Shown: positions 1 to 9,958 of the stretch, in pieces | How the letters are laid out: the number at the start of each line of letters is the position of its first letter | Numbering within the stretch: the first letter of the stretch is position 1 | Assembly: GCF_964188315.1 (NCBI RefSeq) | Contig: NC_135657.1 | Span: 310,001 to 374,000, forward strand | Source of the DNA: Podarcis muralis | Lineage: Eukaryota | Reading direction: 5' to 3' | Length of the DNA stretch: 64,000 nucleotides | Notes under the pieces: model-generated | The model's database searches: none | What the model was told of the DNA's origin: nothing | The model's input: only the letters and a program-made list of their open reading frames with translations | Program-made: the position numbers and the translations under genes

Positions 1-110
1 AAGGGTCATCTAGCCCAACCCCCTGCAATGCAGGAATCTCAGCTAAAGCATTCATGACAGGTGGCCAACCGACCTGTTTAAAAACCTCCAAGGAAGGAAA
101 CTCCACCACT
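1..110 (-). mobile_element. CR1 LINE 3' fragment
   Basis: Reverse complement of the squamate CR1 terminal motif GCAGGGGGTTGG(A/G)CTAGATGACC, which recurs many times in the window. Confidence 0.7.
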
Positions 111-239
111 GGAAGATCTCTCCAAGGCAGCAGATGTTTAGGATAAGAGTTTTCTTTCTCCTAGGTGGGCTGCCTTTCCAGGTGGACAAGCTCTTCTGCC
201 CAACCAGAGGCTACTCAGGAGCTAGCCACATGGAAGTTA

Positions 240-2050
240 GGGTCAATGTGGGCGGTCGGTGCCCCCTGGGACTGGTATGGCAGGAGGGAGACAAGCGGTA
301 GGGGGCGCCAGAGCCAAAGAGACTCCGCAGAACCAACTCAAACTAGTTTTGCCCTTCTCCGCTGAGTTCTCCGAGGGGGAAGGCAGACGCGGGCCGGCGG
401 GCTGGAGACTCAGCTCAGCGGCCCAAAGGACCTCCCGGGTTACAAGCCCCGCTCTTCCCCGCGGAGCCAGCCGCGCAGCAGCCGGCCGTCGGCGCCTGTC
501 GAACCGGAGCCCCGATCGGTCCCGAGCATCGTGCCTCCTGGACGGGCCCGCCCGCCCGACACTTTTCTTTGTGTCCCCCAGAGCCTCTTGGGCCCGTCGT
601 CTGGGGAGGCTCTCGGGCAGCTGGAAGGAGCCCCGCCTGCCTGCCCCGCCCCTGCCGGTCGCCAAGCGACCGACAACACATCGAGGGGCCTCTCCTCCGC
701 CTCCTGGCTCTACTTTTTCGTGCGCCACGAAGGACCCTCCAGCGCAGCCAGCAAGTAGAACCCCTTCTTGCCCGGGGACTGCCCCTTTCCGACTCTCCTG
801 CGCCCGGGAGAGCCCTCCTCCACCCCCATTCCACCGGGAGCGTGGCCAAGAGCCGCTCACACTTTCGGTTCCTAACTTAGCAGAGGAACATTTTCCTCTG
901 CCCTTGAAGGGGGGGCGTTGGCAGCTTCCCGGCCCCTCTTGATTCCTCTGAACGGCCAATGCTCCCCGCTTCAACTGCTCAACAGCGGGGGGCTCTGCGC
1001 ACGGAGGGCCCTGGGTTAGTCGGGCTCCGCGGGGCAGCCGCTCCGCTCTTGGACGACTTCCAGCGCCCTTCTTTTCCTTCCTCCTCCAGGGCTCAGGATG
1101 CCTCGCAAGCGCCGGGGGAAGACGCTGCCGCAGGCGCAGCCAGCTGGGACAGGACGCGCAGCCCCCGGGAGCGACGCCGAGGACTCCGGGGGTAGCCCGC
1201 CGCAGGAAGGCGCCTCGCCGCTGCAAGGGGAGCTGGAGCGCGTCTGCTGGGAGCTGGAGCGGCTGCGCGGGCGGCGGGCGCAGCTGCGGGCGCAGCACGA
1301 GCTCCTGGAGCGGGAGGCGCAGGGGCTGCGCGCCGAGAGCCGGGAGTTCCTGGACTACGTGGCCAAGCGGGCGCAGCGGCGGGAGGGGGCGGCCGTGTTG
1401 CTGGGCGACGAGAGCCGGCAGCTGCTGGCGCACATCCAGCACGAGCGCCGGGAGCTCCTGGCCCGCTCCGCGGAGCAGGAGGCAGTGCTGCGCGCGGAGC
1501 TGCTCCGCCAGGAGGCCGAGCTGGCGCGGCTAAGCGCCGAGCTGGAGGAGCTGCGCGGGGTGCGCGCGCTGCAGCAGGAGCAGGCCGGCCGAGTGCGGGA
1601 GCTGCAGCGCGCGCAGGCGGCGGCCCGCAAGGAGCACGTGCAGCGGCGGCAGGAGGCGGCGGCGCGCTTCGCGCAAGCCAAGGCGGCGCAGGAACGCGAG
1701 GCACGGGAGCGGGCGGCGCGCGTGGCCGGAGAAGCGCACCAGGTGGCCGCGCGGTGCCTGCTGGAGCACAGGCGGGAGGCGCAGCGGCAGAACCGGGAGC
1801 TGAGGCAGGAGCTGGCGCGGCTGGTGGCGAGGGCGCGGGCGCTGCAGGCGCACAAGGACCGGCTGGAGGATCGCGTGCAGCGCTTGCGGCGGCAGCAGGA
1901 CTCGCTGCGGGATTTGGCCCTCCTGCGCCGCGGCGGCCCCGAAGGAAGAGAGCGACCGGCAGCGGGGACGCGCGGAGACGCAGGAGGGCGGGCGCCCCTT
2001 CTCCGCAGCGCAGGGCAGACGAGCTGCCTCCAGCCACGCAACTGCTGAGA
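240..2050. promoter_or_regulatory. CpG island over promoter and body of the CCDC121/166-like gene
   Basis: Very high GC and CpG density relative to the flanks. Confidence 0.7.
1098..2048 (+). CDS. Coiled-coil DUF4515-family protein (CCDC121/CCDC166-like), single coding exon, 316 aa
   Basis: ATG-initiated ORF with long heptad runs; AESREFLDYVAKRAQRRE, LQQEQAGRVRELQ and NRELRQELARL align by eye with human CCDC166 and CCDC121; synteny favours CCDC121; AATAAA at 2557-2562. Confidence 0.85.
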   Translation: MPRKRRGKTLPQAQPAGTGRAAPGSDAEDSGGSPPQEGASPLQGELERVCWELERLRGRRAQLRAQHELLEREAQGLRAESREFLDYVAKRAQRREGAAVLLGDESRQLLAHIQHERRELLARSAEQEAVLRAELLRQEAELARLSAELEELRGVRALQQEQAGRVRELQRAQAAARKEHVQRRQEAAARFAQAKAAQEREARERAARVAGEAHQVAARCLLEHRREAQRQNRELRQELARLVARARALQAHKDRLEDRVQRLRRQQDSLRDLALLRRGGPEGRERPAAGTRGDAGGRAPLLRSAGQTSCLQPRNC

Positions 2051-2089
2051 CGCTGACCAGGGTCCTGGCGGAGAGAACCTTAAGACGAG

Positions 2090-2390
2090 CCTACGAGGAG
2101 CCTGGTGGATCGGGCCAGTGGCTCAGCTAGTCCAGCCTCCTGTTCTCACGGGGGCCGACCAGATGCCTGTGGAAAACCTGCAAGCAGGATCCGAGCGGAA
2201 GAGCGCTGTCTCCTGTGGCTGCCAGCATCTGGAATCCAGCAGCATGGACTGTGGCCACAGGGTATAGCCTCCAGGCTGACTAGTAGCCATCTCTAGCCCT
2301 CTCCATGAGTTTGTCGAGTCCTCTTTTGAAGTCATCCCATCTGGTGGCCATCGCTGCCTCCTGTGGGAGGGAGTTCCATAGTCCAACTAA
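2090..2390 (-). mobile_element. CR1-family LINE 3' fragment
   Basis: Same family as copies near 13960-14075, 24410, 33290 and 53130 (CCTGTTCTCAC...GCC(G/A)ACCAGATGCC core). Confidence 0.65.
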
Positions 2391-3864
2391 TGCACTGCAC
2401 TGAACCCATTTTAATCAGTTTTGCTTAACTGCTGTTGTTGTAATATTACTTAATGTGGTTTAATATCTTATGCTTTTCACAGTTTGCAATTTTATTAGGT
2501 TGCTGCTTTACAAATTGCTTTGTAGAGGTGTGGTGAGTTGAGATAGAAAAACTGTGAATAAAACAGGATGGGAGGCAAACTCTCATTCTGCAGGGACAGA
2601 TGAGGGAAGCCATCTCAGTGGCCCTACTTAAGGGAGCCTCACGACTCAGGCTAAGAAAACCAGGACGTATGTTGGGGGTGCGGGCAGATCTTTGGTTGTG
2701 GTTCAGCAATGGTAAGGATCAGGGTCATGGCTTAGCTGGGCCCAGATAGTGCCCAGGTGCAGGATCTCCCTACTTTCACTCCTACCTAGGCAATGTAGTA
2801 GGATTTCTACCTGGAGATATTTTTATTTCAGGAGGCCTCTGGCTGCAAAGCAGCTGCTCAGCCACTGTTATGGACCAAGGAGGGGCACCCAACCAACTCC
2901 TCAGAAGCATTGGCATGCTATGCGTAAGGACTTGACACATCAGAGTTCCAGGACACAGGAGCTTGCCCTGCTACTGAGCAATACATGCACACACGACCAC
3001 GGACTTATGCACGTTCCCAGTGTCATAATAAGGCAAGGAAACCCCATTTTCTGAAGCATAGAAATTAACTAAAATTAGTCAAATAGATGGTTTTATTTAG
3101 TTCAAAAAGGTGATAAAAATTGTGATCCCAGGATGGAGGGGAGGGGACCTGACTCATGGCATGTGTGGAACAGGGACTCCATAATTCTCAAGATGTGACA
3201 ACACATACCGTACTTAGGATACCCCTCCTAACTGCCAAACCAGGTGTTAACAGCCCTGACAAAGGGACCAGACTAGTAATGGTCAGAGGGAAATGAGACT
3301 CAGGACTAAATAAAAATGCCAAGGGATGCCTTCCTGACAAAGGGATATGTAAATACTTCCATTGACTTGTGGGGTGTGGGTACTTGAACTATGCAGGATA
3401 GACAGGGGCATGTGTGGTTCTCAAATTTCTATCTGACACCATGCCTTTTCTGTGACAAAAGAGGCCATTTGCCCTTTGTTCTGGACTTTGTTTTGTTAGG
3501 GAGTTGAAACCTTGCTGCAACAATAGACGATCAGGTTTCCTAGCTTCTGTTTTGCTTCAATTTGCCTGGCTGTGGTCTCTTGCTTGAACCTGACCGATTC
3601 TGAACCCGCAGGGCTAGACCCGACCGAAGCTGGGAAACAGTTAAGTACCGTACCCCAAAATTTTGTCTTTATCAGTCCTTAAGTGTCATCAACTAAAGGC
3701 AGCCCCCATTTCCTAGACACACAGCTTGTGACTGGGGAAGGTGCAGGATGGGCTGTGTTTTAAGTGACAAGCTGTGACTCGGACTCATTAACCCCCTGTG
3801 GTTTCCTGTCTAAATGACAAAGGTATGATGGCCAGACAGGCACATGAAGGGCTGTATGAGACTT

Positions 3865-4210
3865 AAAAATGGAAAGCATAATGCTGGTGGTCAACAAAAG
3901 AGGTTTAAAGAATGTAGCATAAACACTAACAACTGGGAAACACTGGCCTGCGAGCGCTCCAGTCATCACCAAAGGTGTCATGGGCTTTGAAGACACTCAA
4001 ACTCAGGATCCAAGGGAGAAACATGCTAAGAGGAAGGCACGCTTGGCAAATTCACACCATGATCAACTCCTGCCTGGAAACCAATGTCCCCACTGTGGAA
4101 GGACATGTGGATCCAGAATTGGCCTCCAAAGTCACTTACGGACTCATTGTTAAAACTGTGTTTATGGAAGACAATCTTACTCGGCTACGAGTGATCACCA
4201 AAGAAGAAGA
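3865..4210 (+). mobile_element. RTE-clade LINE 3' end (non-BovB type), degraded
   Basis: Broken translation KNGKHNAGGQQKRFK...NWETLACERS...CPHCGRTCGSRIGLQSHLRTHC* (RTE C-terminal zinc finger); (GAA)n tail. Confidence 0.75.
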
Positions 4211-4254
4211 TGCGGTCACTTCCTTAACGCTTTGACAGGAATGTCTAACAAAGG

Positions 4255-4338
4255 ATATAAAGTAAAGGTAAAGGGACCCCCTGACCATTAGGCCAAGTCG
4301 TGACCGACTCTGGGGTTGCGGCACTCATCTCGCTTTAT
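4255..4338 (-). mobile_element. Sauria SINE (Squam1) 3' fragment
   Basis: AAAGGTAAAGGGACCCCTGACCATTAGG...GGGGTTGCGGCACTCATCTCGCTTTA matches the reverse complement of the SINE 3' end seen at 18353-18650 and 41560-41942. Confidence 0.75.
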
Positions 4339-4405
4339 TATATAATTTCTTCCTGCCTGAGCTCTCTCACCCTCTCTTCTGTCAAGCCAGTGATGTGAGC
4401 AGACG

Positions 4406-6875
4406 ACTGAAAAGACTCAACTCAAGAACTACCGCCCAATATCACTACTTAATGTGGATTATAAAATCTTTGCAGACATTTTGGCAAAAAGATTTAAGAG
4501 AGTGTTGATGGAGATGATTCATAAGGACCAAGCAGGCTTTCTCCCAAAAAGGCATTTATCAGACAATGTAAGAAATATAATAGACATTTTGGAATTGCTA
4601 GAGGTGAATATAAACACCAAAGCAGTGTTGATTTTTGTGGACGCGGAGAAAGCATTTGACAATATTTCTTGGAGCTTTATGAAAAAGAATCTTCATGGGA
4701 TGGGGGTAGGCCAAGGATTTGAGAATGGTATGGGTGCGATATACTCTGAACAAAAAGCGAAGCTGATTGTAAATAATGTGATAACTGATGAACTTAAGAT
4801 AGAAAAAGGAACACGACAGGGGTGCCCAATTTCCCCATTGCTCTTTATTTCGGTTCTGGAGGTGTTGCTAAATATGATTAGAAATGACCAGCAGGTTGAA
4901 GGTGTACAGGTCGGAGATAAACAGTACAAGTTAAGAGCTTTTGCAGATGACTTAGTATTGACCTTACAGGAGCCAAACTCTAGTGCGAAAAGGGTGTTGG
5001 AGATAATTCAACAATTTGGCCAGGTAGCTGGATTCAAACTGAACAAACAAAAAACTAAAGTCATAGAAAAAAATTTAACAGTTAAGGAGAAGGAGGAATT
5101 TCAAGAAGAGACAGGTTTGACAGTGGTTAAGAAGGTGAAATACCTAGGGGTTCACTTGACATCCAAAAATTTGAACTTGTATAAGGACAATTATGAAAAA
5201 TGCTGGTCAGAAATTAAAAAAGACTTAGAAATATGGTCAAATTTGAAATTATCAATGTTAGGCCGAATTGCAGTTATCAAGATGAATGTATTGCCTAAAA
5301 TGTTATTTTTATTTCAAACTTTGCAAATCCTCGACAAGATGGATTGTTTTAAGAGGTGGCAGAAAGACATATCGAAATTTGTCTGGCAGGGCAAAAAGCC
5401 CAGAATTAAATTTAAAATCCTGACAGATGCTAAAGAAAGAGGGGGATTTGCCCTGCCGGACCTAAAACTGTATTATGAAGCAGCAGCGTTCTGCTGGCTG
5501 AAAGACTGGATGCTCCTCGAGAATACAGACATTTTGGACTTGGAGGGTTTCAATAATGCATTTGGTTGGCATGCATATCTATGGTATGACAAAATTAAGC
5601 TGCATAGGGCCTTTAAGAATCATATTGTCAGAAAAGCACTGTACAATGTTTGGTTAAGATATAAAGATTTGTTAGAAAATAAAACCCCTAGATGGTTGTC
5701 ACCCTTGGAGGCCAAGGCACTCAAAAAGCCCAATATGGAGGCCAAATGGCCAAAGTATTGGGAAATTTTGGAACAAGATGGAGACAAATTGAAATTACAG
5801 AGTCATGAGAAAATGAAACTTAAAGTACGTGATTGGCTCCATTATTATCAAATAATGGAGGTTTATAAACAAGATAGGAAAGTTGGCTTCCAGGTGGAGA
5901 AATCAAAATTAGAAACTGAATTGTTAGAACCCAATACTAAGAACTTGTCAAGAATGTACAATTTGCTGCTGAAATGGAATACGCAAGATGAAACAGTTAA
6001 ATCGGCTATGATTAAGTGGGCACAGGACATCGGTCATAACATAATGTTTGCTGACTGGGAATGGTTGTGGAATACAGGTATAAAATTTACGGCCTGTAAT
6101 GCTTTAAAGGAAAATATTATGAAAATGATCTATAGGTGGTATATGACCCCAGTCAAGCTAGCAAAAATTTATCATTTGCCTGACAATAAGTGTTGGAAAT
6201 GTAAAGAAACTGAAGGTACCTTCTACCACCTTTGGTGGACGTGCCCGAAGATTAAGGCTTTCTGGGATATGATATATAATGAAATGAAAAAGGTACTTAA
6301 ATGTACTTTTCCTAAAAAATCAGAGGCCTTTCTTTTGGGCATTGTCGGCCAATTGGTGTTAAAGAAAGATAGAATTTTCTTTATGTATGCTACGACAGCA
6401 GCAAGAATACTCATCGCAAAGTACTGGAAGACACAAGATCTACCCACCCTGGAAGAGTGGCAAATGAAAGTGATGGACTATATGACACTGGCTGAGATGA
6501 CCGGCAGAATCCGCGATCAGGGGAAGGAGACAGCGGAAGAAGAGTGGAAGAAATTTAAAATTTATCTTAAGGACTATTATAAACTTGATGAATGCTAGAA
6601 TGTTGAGGTTATGAGAAAGAAAGGGTGACAGTGATATAAGATTAGACTGAAGGAAAGATTAAAAGGACAGAGACTTGACAGAAATATTTAGAAGTTGCTA
6701 AAAAACTTTGGACATTGGGATGCAGAAAGGGGAGGTATGGGGGAGTCTGTGAAATAAGGTTTAGGAAAAAAAGGTTATGAAATTATACACGTTTGTATGT
6801 CTTTTTATATGTTTGTTTTGTTTTAAAAAATACTGTAAAACCAATAAAAAAAATTTATAAAAAAAAAAAAAAAAA
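4406..6875 (+). mobile_element. 5'-truncated L1 LINE, young insertion
   Basis: 17-bp TSD AGTGATGTGAGCAGACG at 4389-4405 and 6876-6892; AATAAA at 6843-6848 then poly(A); ORF2 open from the truncation point. Confidence 0.95.
4454..6598 (+). CDS. L1 ORF2 fragment (RT domain plus C-terminal CCHC finger); frame open back to 4406, endonuclease absent
   Basis: NYRPISLLNVDYKI, DAEKAFD, GTRQGCPISP, FADD, KYLG and CWKC...HLWWTC motifs; no internal stop. Confidence 0.9.
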   Translation: MDYKIFADILAKRFKRVLMEMIHKDQAGFLPKRHLSDNVRNIIDILELLEVNINTKAVLIFVDAEKAFDNISWSFMKKNLHGMGVGQGFENGMGAIYSEQKAKLIVNNVITDELKIEKGTRQGCPISPLLFISVLEVLLNMIRNDQQVEGVQVGDKQYKLRAFADDLVLTLQEPNSSAKRVLEIIQQFGQVAGFKLNKQKTKVIEKNLTVKEKEEFQEETGLTVVKKVKYLGVHLTSKNLNLYKDNYEKCWSEIKKDLEIWSNLKLSMLGRIAVIKMNVLPKMLFLFQTLQILDKMDCFKRWQKDISKFVWQGKKPRIKFKILTDAKERGGFALPDLKLYYEAAAFCWLKDWMLLENTDILDLEGFNNAFGWHAYLWYDKIKLHRAFKNHIVRKALYNVWLRYKDLLENKTPRWLSPLEAKALKKPNMEAKWPKYWEILEQDGDKLKLQSHEKMKLKVRDWLHYYQIMEVYKQDRKVGFQVEKSKLETELLEPNTKNLSRMYNLLLKWNTQDETVKSAMIKWAQDIGHNIMFADWEWLWNTGIKFTACNALKENIMKMIYRWYMTPVKLAKIYHLPDNKCWKCKETEGTFYHLWWTCPKIKAFWDMIYNEMKKVLKCTFPKKSEAFLLGIVGQLVLKKDRIFFMYATTAARILIAKYWKTQDLPTLEEWQMKVMDYMTLAEMTGRIRDQGKETAEEEWKKFKIYLKDYYKLDEC

Positions 6876-6897
6876 AGTGATGTGAGCAGACGTATAG

Positions 6898-7093
6898 TAG
6901 GGCTGCCATACAGCTGGGTTCCCCAGACATATCTGGGATTTGTCCATCGGAAATAGTGTCCAGGCAGAATTTCCAAAAATGTGCAGGAAAACCTGGACGT
7001 ATGACAACCCATGTCGGAAATGATGGGGGGGGGGGATTTTGCACAACAAAAAATTGTGTCCGGCTTTTTACTTGTTGAAATATGGCAACCCTA
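6898..7093. mobile_element. Non-autonomous hAT-like MITE (Blackjack-type termini)
   Basis: Terminal inverted repeats TAGGGCTGCCATA / TATGGCAACCCTA; similar flanks GTATAG / GTATAT. Confidence 0.6.
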
Positions 7094-7496
7094 GTATATT
7101 CCTAGGCTCTGCTCAGAGCTCAGACTCCGTTTTAGAAACTAACTTTGTATTTTGTAACAAAGGTTTTTTTACCAGCATATTACTTTGATATATTTGTTGC
7201 CTGCATTCAAATGTCAGTAAACCTTTTGTTTATCTTACTAAAACGTGTGGTTCATTCTTAGCAAAGGGGATGGAGAGAGGAAAGGTCAGCAGACCACAAA
7301 TAAACAGGGATAAAGAGACATAATTGCCTAATTCCTAGATTACAGTAAGCTGCCAAAGTGCCTAAGTATTTTTACTCTGCTAAAGGGGCTTCACAGCATG
7401 TTTGCTCTCATATTGCTCCCCCACATGTGGGATAGGAGGTTTTGATTTTAATTTATGGATTTAATCCTCAATTAAACTCCCATCAGAAACAATATA

Positions 7497-7502
7497 TTTA
7501 TT
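7497..7502 (-). terminator. Candidate polyadenylation signal of the SPATA31-like gene
   Basis: AATAAA on the minus strand about 280 nt past the stop codon. Confidence 0.5.
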
Positions 7503-7781
7503 TCCTGCTCAAAGTATCTGCACTCCAGTCCAAAGCAGTGGCGCTGAGGACTCATCCAAGCCCAGTATGATGAGCATGCCTGTCTTGCACTGCCATCTTC
7601 TAGCCAGGCTGCTCACACAACAGCTTGAGCTCCTCATCGGACTTCTGTGTCTCAGGGGTGAGGATGGGGTTCTGGACCTCTCCTTGCAGCATCGAGGAAC
7701 AGCGAAGCTCCTTGCAGCCAGCTGAGCTCCTGCATCTTGGCAGCGTCACATGGGGCAGGTCCGGGGGGGGGGGGGCGGGCC

Positions 7782-9227
7782 TCACCTGATGGTGCTTTGC
7801 AGGAGGGCTGACCTGGCCACAGACTCCTTCACCCTCCTGGGCACCCCCCACCGCTGATGCAGAAGCTTCTCGCGCAGGTGGAATTCGAAGTACTGCTTTT
7901 TGTCAGTCGTAAGAAATCTTTCACATCCTGGATTTGCTCTGGGACTGTTTGTGGAAAGGTCTGTTGCTCGTGGTGAACTAGTTTGCCCACCCAACCCCTC
8001 AGGGGTGTGAGGCATAGCTTTCCCCAGGAGGCTCGTGGGACAGGGCTTCAACGCAGCCCCCTGGTGGTGATGGTGGCAGCAGCAGCAGAATGGGGAGTGA
8101 GCACAACAAGGCCGCTCAGTCAGAGGGGGGCTCTCTTGGCGGCACTCCGAGGCCTGCTCCCCCCCACCTGTGATGGAAACCAAGGCTGGGGTCAGATCCC
8201 AAAGGACCAGATCCAGCCGGGTGGGATCCCGTTTGCTGGTTGGTGGAGGCAGCTCTCTTTGGGTATCTGTGATGGCCCAGGCAGTCCGAGGGGAATCCCC
8301 GGCCGGCTGAAGTGGGACCCAGACCCCTTCCTCAGGATTCATCTTCCCTTGGGCGGCTGCGGCAAGAGGACGCTTCTCTGCAGGAGGACATCCTTGGGCA
8401 AGGGGTGCCCGGCCCCAGCTTGGCTGCTGCCTCTTGCAGCGCTGGAGCTCCACGCTAGCACACGCCTCCCCAGGCAGGCTCCGAGCCCCGTCCGGGTGGG
8501 CTGTGGCTGAGGGCAGATGGACCTGGAGGAGCTCCAAGGTGGCCAGGCTGTTCCAGGGGCCATCCCCACCCAGCTCCCGTTTCTCAGTCCCTGGAAGACC
8601 TTCCCACTGCTTCCCAGGCAGGCGTGCCAGTCCCGAGGCCAGTGGCAAAGGCTCCTGTGTCGCTTCTGGGCTCCACCAGCTTCTGCCGCCTTTGGCTGCC
8701 ATGGTCGTGGCAGAACAAGCCAGTGCTGCCGAAACACTGTGTTGCTTTGGAGAGCTGCTCCCTTTCGAAGAGGGCCTCTCTTGCTGTGGGGCTGCCTGGG
8801 CCAGAGGTGTCCCGGGAGGGGGCAGCGGCCAGCAGAGGGCTTTGCAGACCCTCTTGGGGAGGCCCCACTTGCGATGCACCGCTCTCTCCCTCAGGTGGTG
8901 CTCCAGGCACTGCCGCCTCTCCACCTTGAAAAGGGGCCTCTGGTGGTCGGTGGCAGCCTGCGGGGCTGTGCATGCCAGGAAGCCCGGCAGGGCCGGCACA
9001 GACCTCTCCAGCGAGCTGTGCACCAGGCCAGGCAAACCCCACAGCAGCTGCAGCCGCTTCCGTTGGAGGTGAGCTGTCAGCTGCTCTCGCACCTCCTGGC
9101 TGAGCAGCAGAGGGTCCAGCAATGGGGACTCCACCACTGTCCCGCTGCCCCGGCTTAGAGGGGGTGGGCAGAGGTTGGCCAGCTCGCTGGCTTGCCAGTC
9201 CTCGGGACCAGCCTCCAGTGACTGCAT
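7782..9227 (-). CDS. SPATA31/FAM205(FAM75)-family-like protein, 481 aa ORF
   Basis: Three copies of a L-x-x-H-L-x(7)-WG(L/V)P-x-x-V motif (LTAHLQRKRLQLLWGLPGLVHSSL, LEHHLRERAVHRKWGLPKRVCKAL, FEFHLREKLLHQRWGVPRRVKESV) separated by low-complexity linkers; next to ZNF512 as human SPATA31H1/C2orf16 is; in-frame stop upstream at 9255-9257. Confidence 0.65.
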   Translation of the reverse strand: MQSLEAGPEDWQASELANLCPPPLSRGSGTVVESPLLDPLLLSQEVREQLTAHLQRKRLQLLWGLPGLVHSSLERSVPALPGFLACTAPQAATDHQRPLFKVERRQCLEHHLRERAVHRKWGLPKRVCKALCWPLPPPGTPLAQAAPQQERPSSKGSSSPKQHSVSAALACSATTMAAKGGRSWWSPEATQEPLPLASGLARLPGKQWEGLPGTEKRELGGDGPWNSLATLELLQVHLPSATAHPDGARSLPGEACASVELQRCKRQQPSWGRAPLAQGCPPAEKRPLAAAAQGKMNPEEGVWVPLQPAGDSPRTAWAITDTQRELPPPTSKRDPTRLDLVLWDLTPALVSITGGGEQASECRQESPPLTERPCCAHSPFCCCCHHHHQGAALKPCPTSLLGKAMPHTPEGLGGQTSSPRATDLSTNSPRANPGCERFLTTDKKQYFEFHLREKLLHQRWGVPRRVKESVARSALLQSTIR

Positions 9228-9958
9228 CCTAGCCCCCTCGCCCTGGCCGCGCTCTCAGGGCCACAGACCCCTGGCCAGGCCGGGGTCAGTCAAGATCAGC
9301 CAGCTCCACACAGCTGCCTTCAAGACAGGCAACGGAGGAAAGCAAAGGGTCAACACTTCTCTTGGTTTGGCACAGAAGATGCCTCTATTGCAGGGAGTTG
9401 CTGGTTTGGCTCCAGAGGCACTGAAAGGAGGCCTGCCCTATGGACCCCTTTCTACCCCTCTGAAAGGATGGTGCTCAGAGAGCCAGGCCAGCAGCGGTTG
9501 TCCCCAACACACCAGCTACTCTCCCAGGCAATCCAGCTTGGACCAAGTGACACCACCACCTCCTCCTCCTGCAGTTCCGTTTATCTTGTTGCTACAGCAA
9601 CACATTGTGAGGTCAGCCTGGCACCCGGTGGGTGAAGCCACCTTCCCAGGACTGCCTCTCCTGACTGAGGGTCCTCAGGAACAGCAGGGCAAAAGGGCAC
9701 CTCTCGTGGGAGACTCCAGGGGGCCTTGATGCGCCGGAAAACACGGGAGGGGCACCCACAGTTTTTTGAAAACTCAACACTCAGAAATGGGTACAGAAGA
9801 AAATCCATCCATCTTATCTACAAATCTATCTATAAGATGTGACATACAATCTGGAATTCATGTATTGTTACACCTGGGTGTAATACTACCCAGGAAAACC
9901 AGGAAACTTCATACAATTCAATATGCTGTTCTGATTTATGTTATTAAACAAATCCAGA

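Noticed and set aside
243-2041. Long antisense and alternate-frame ORFs (399, 314, 228 aa) over the CCDC gene
   Set aside because: Ala/Pro/Arg-rich shadows of a very GC-rich coding exon; no domain signal. The same applies to overlapping ORFs at 8-9 kb, 19 kb, 30 kb, 47 kb, 49 kb and 57 kb
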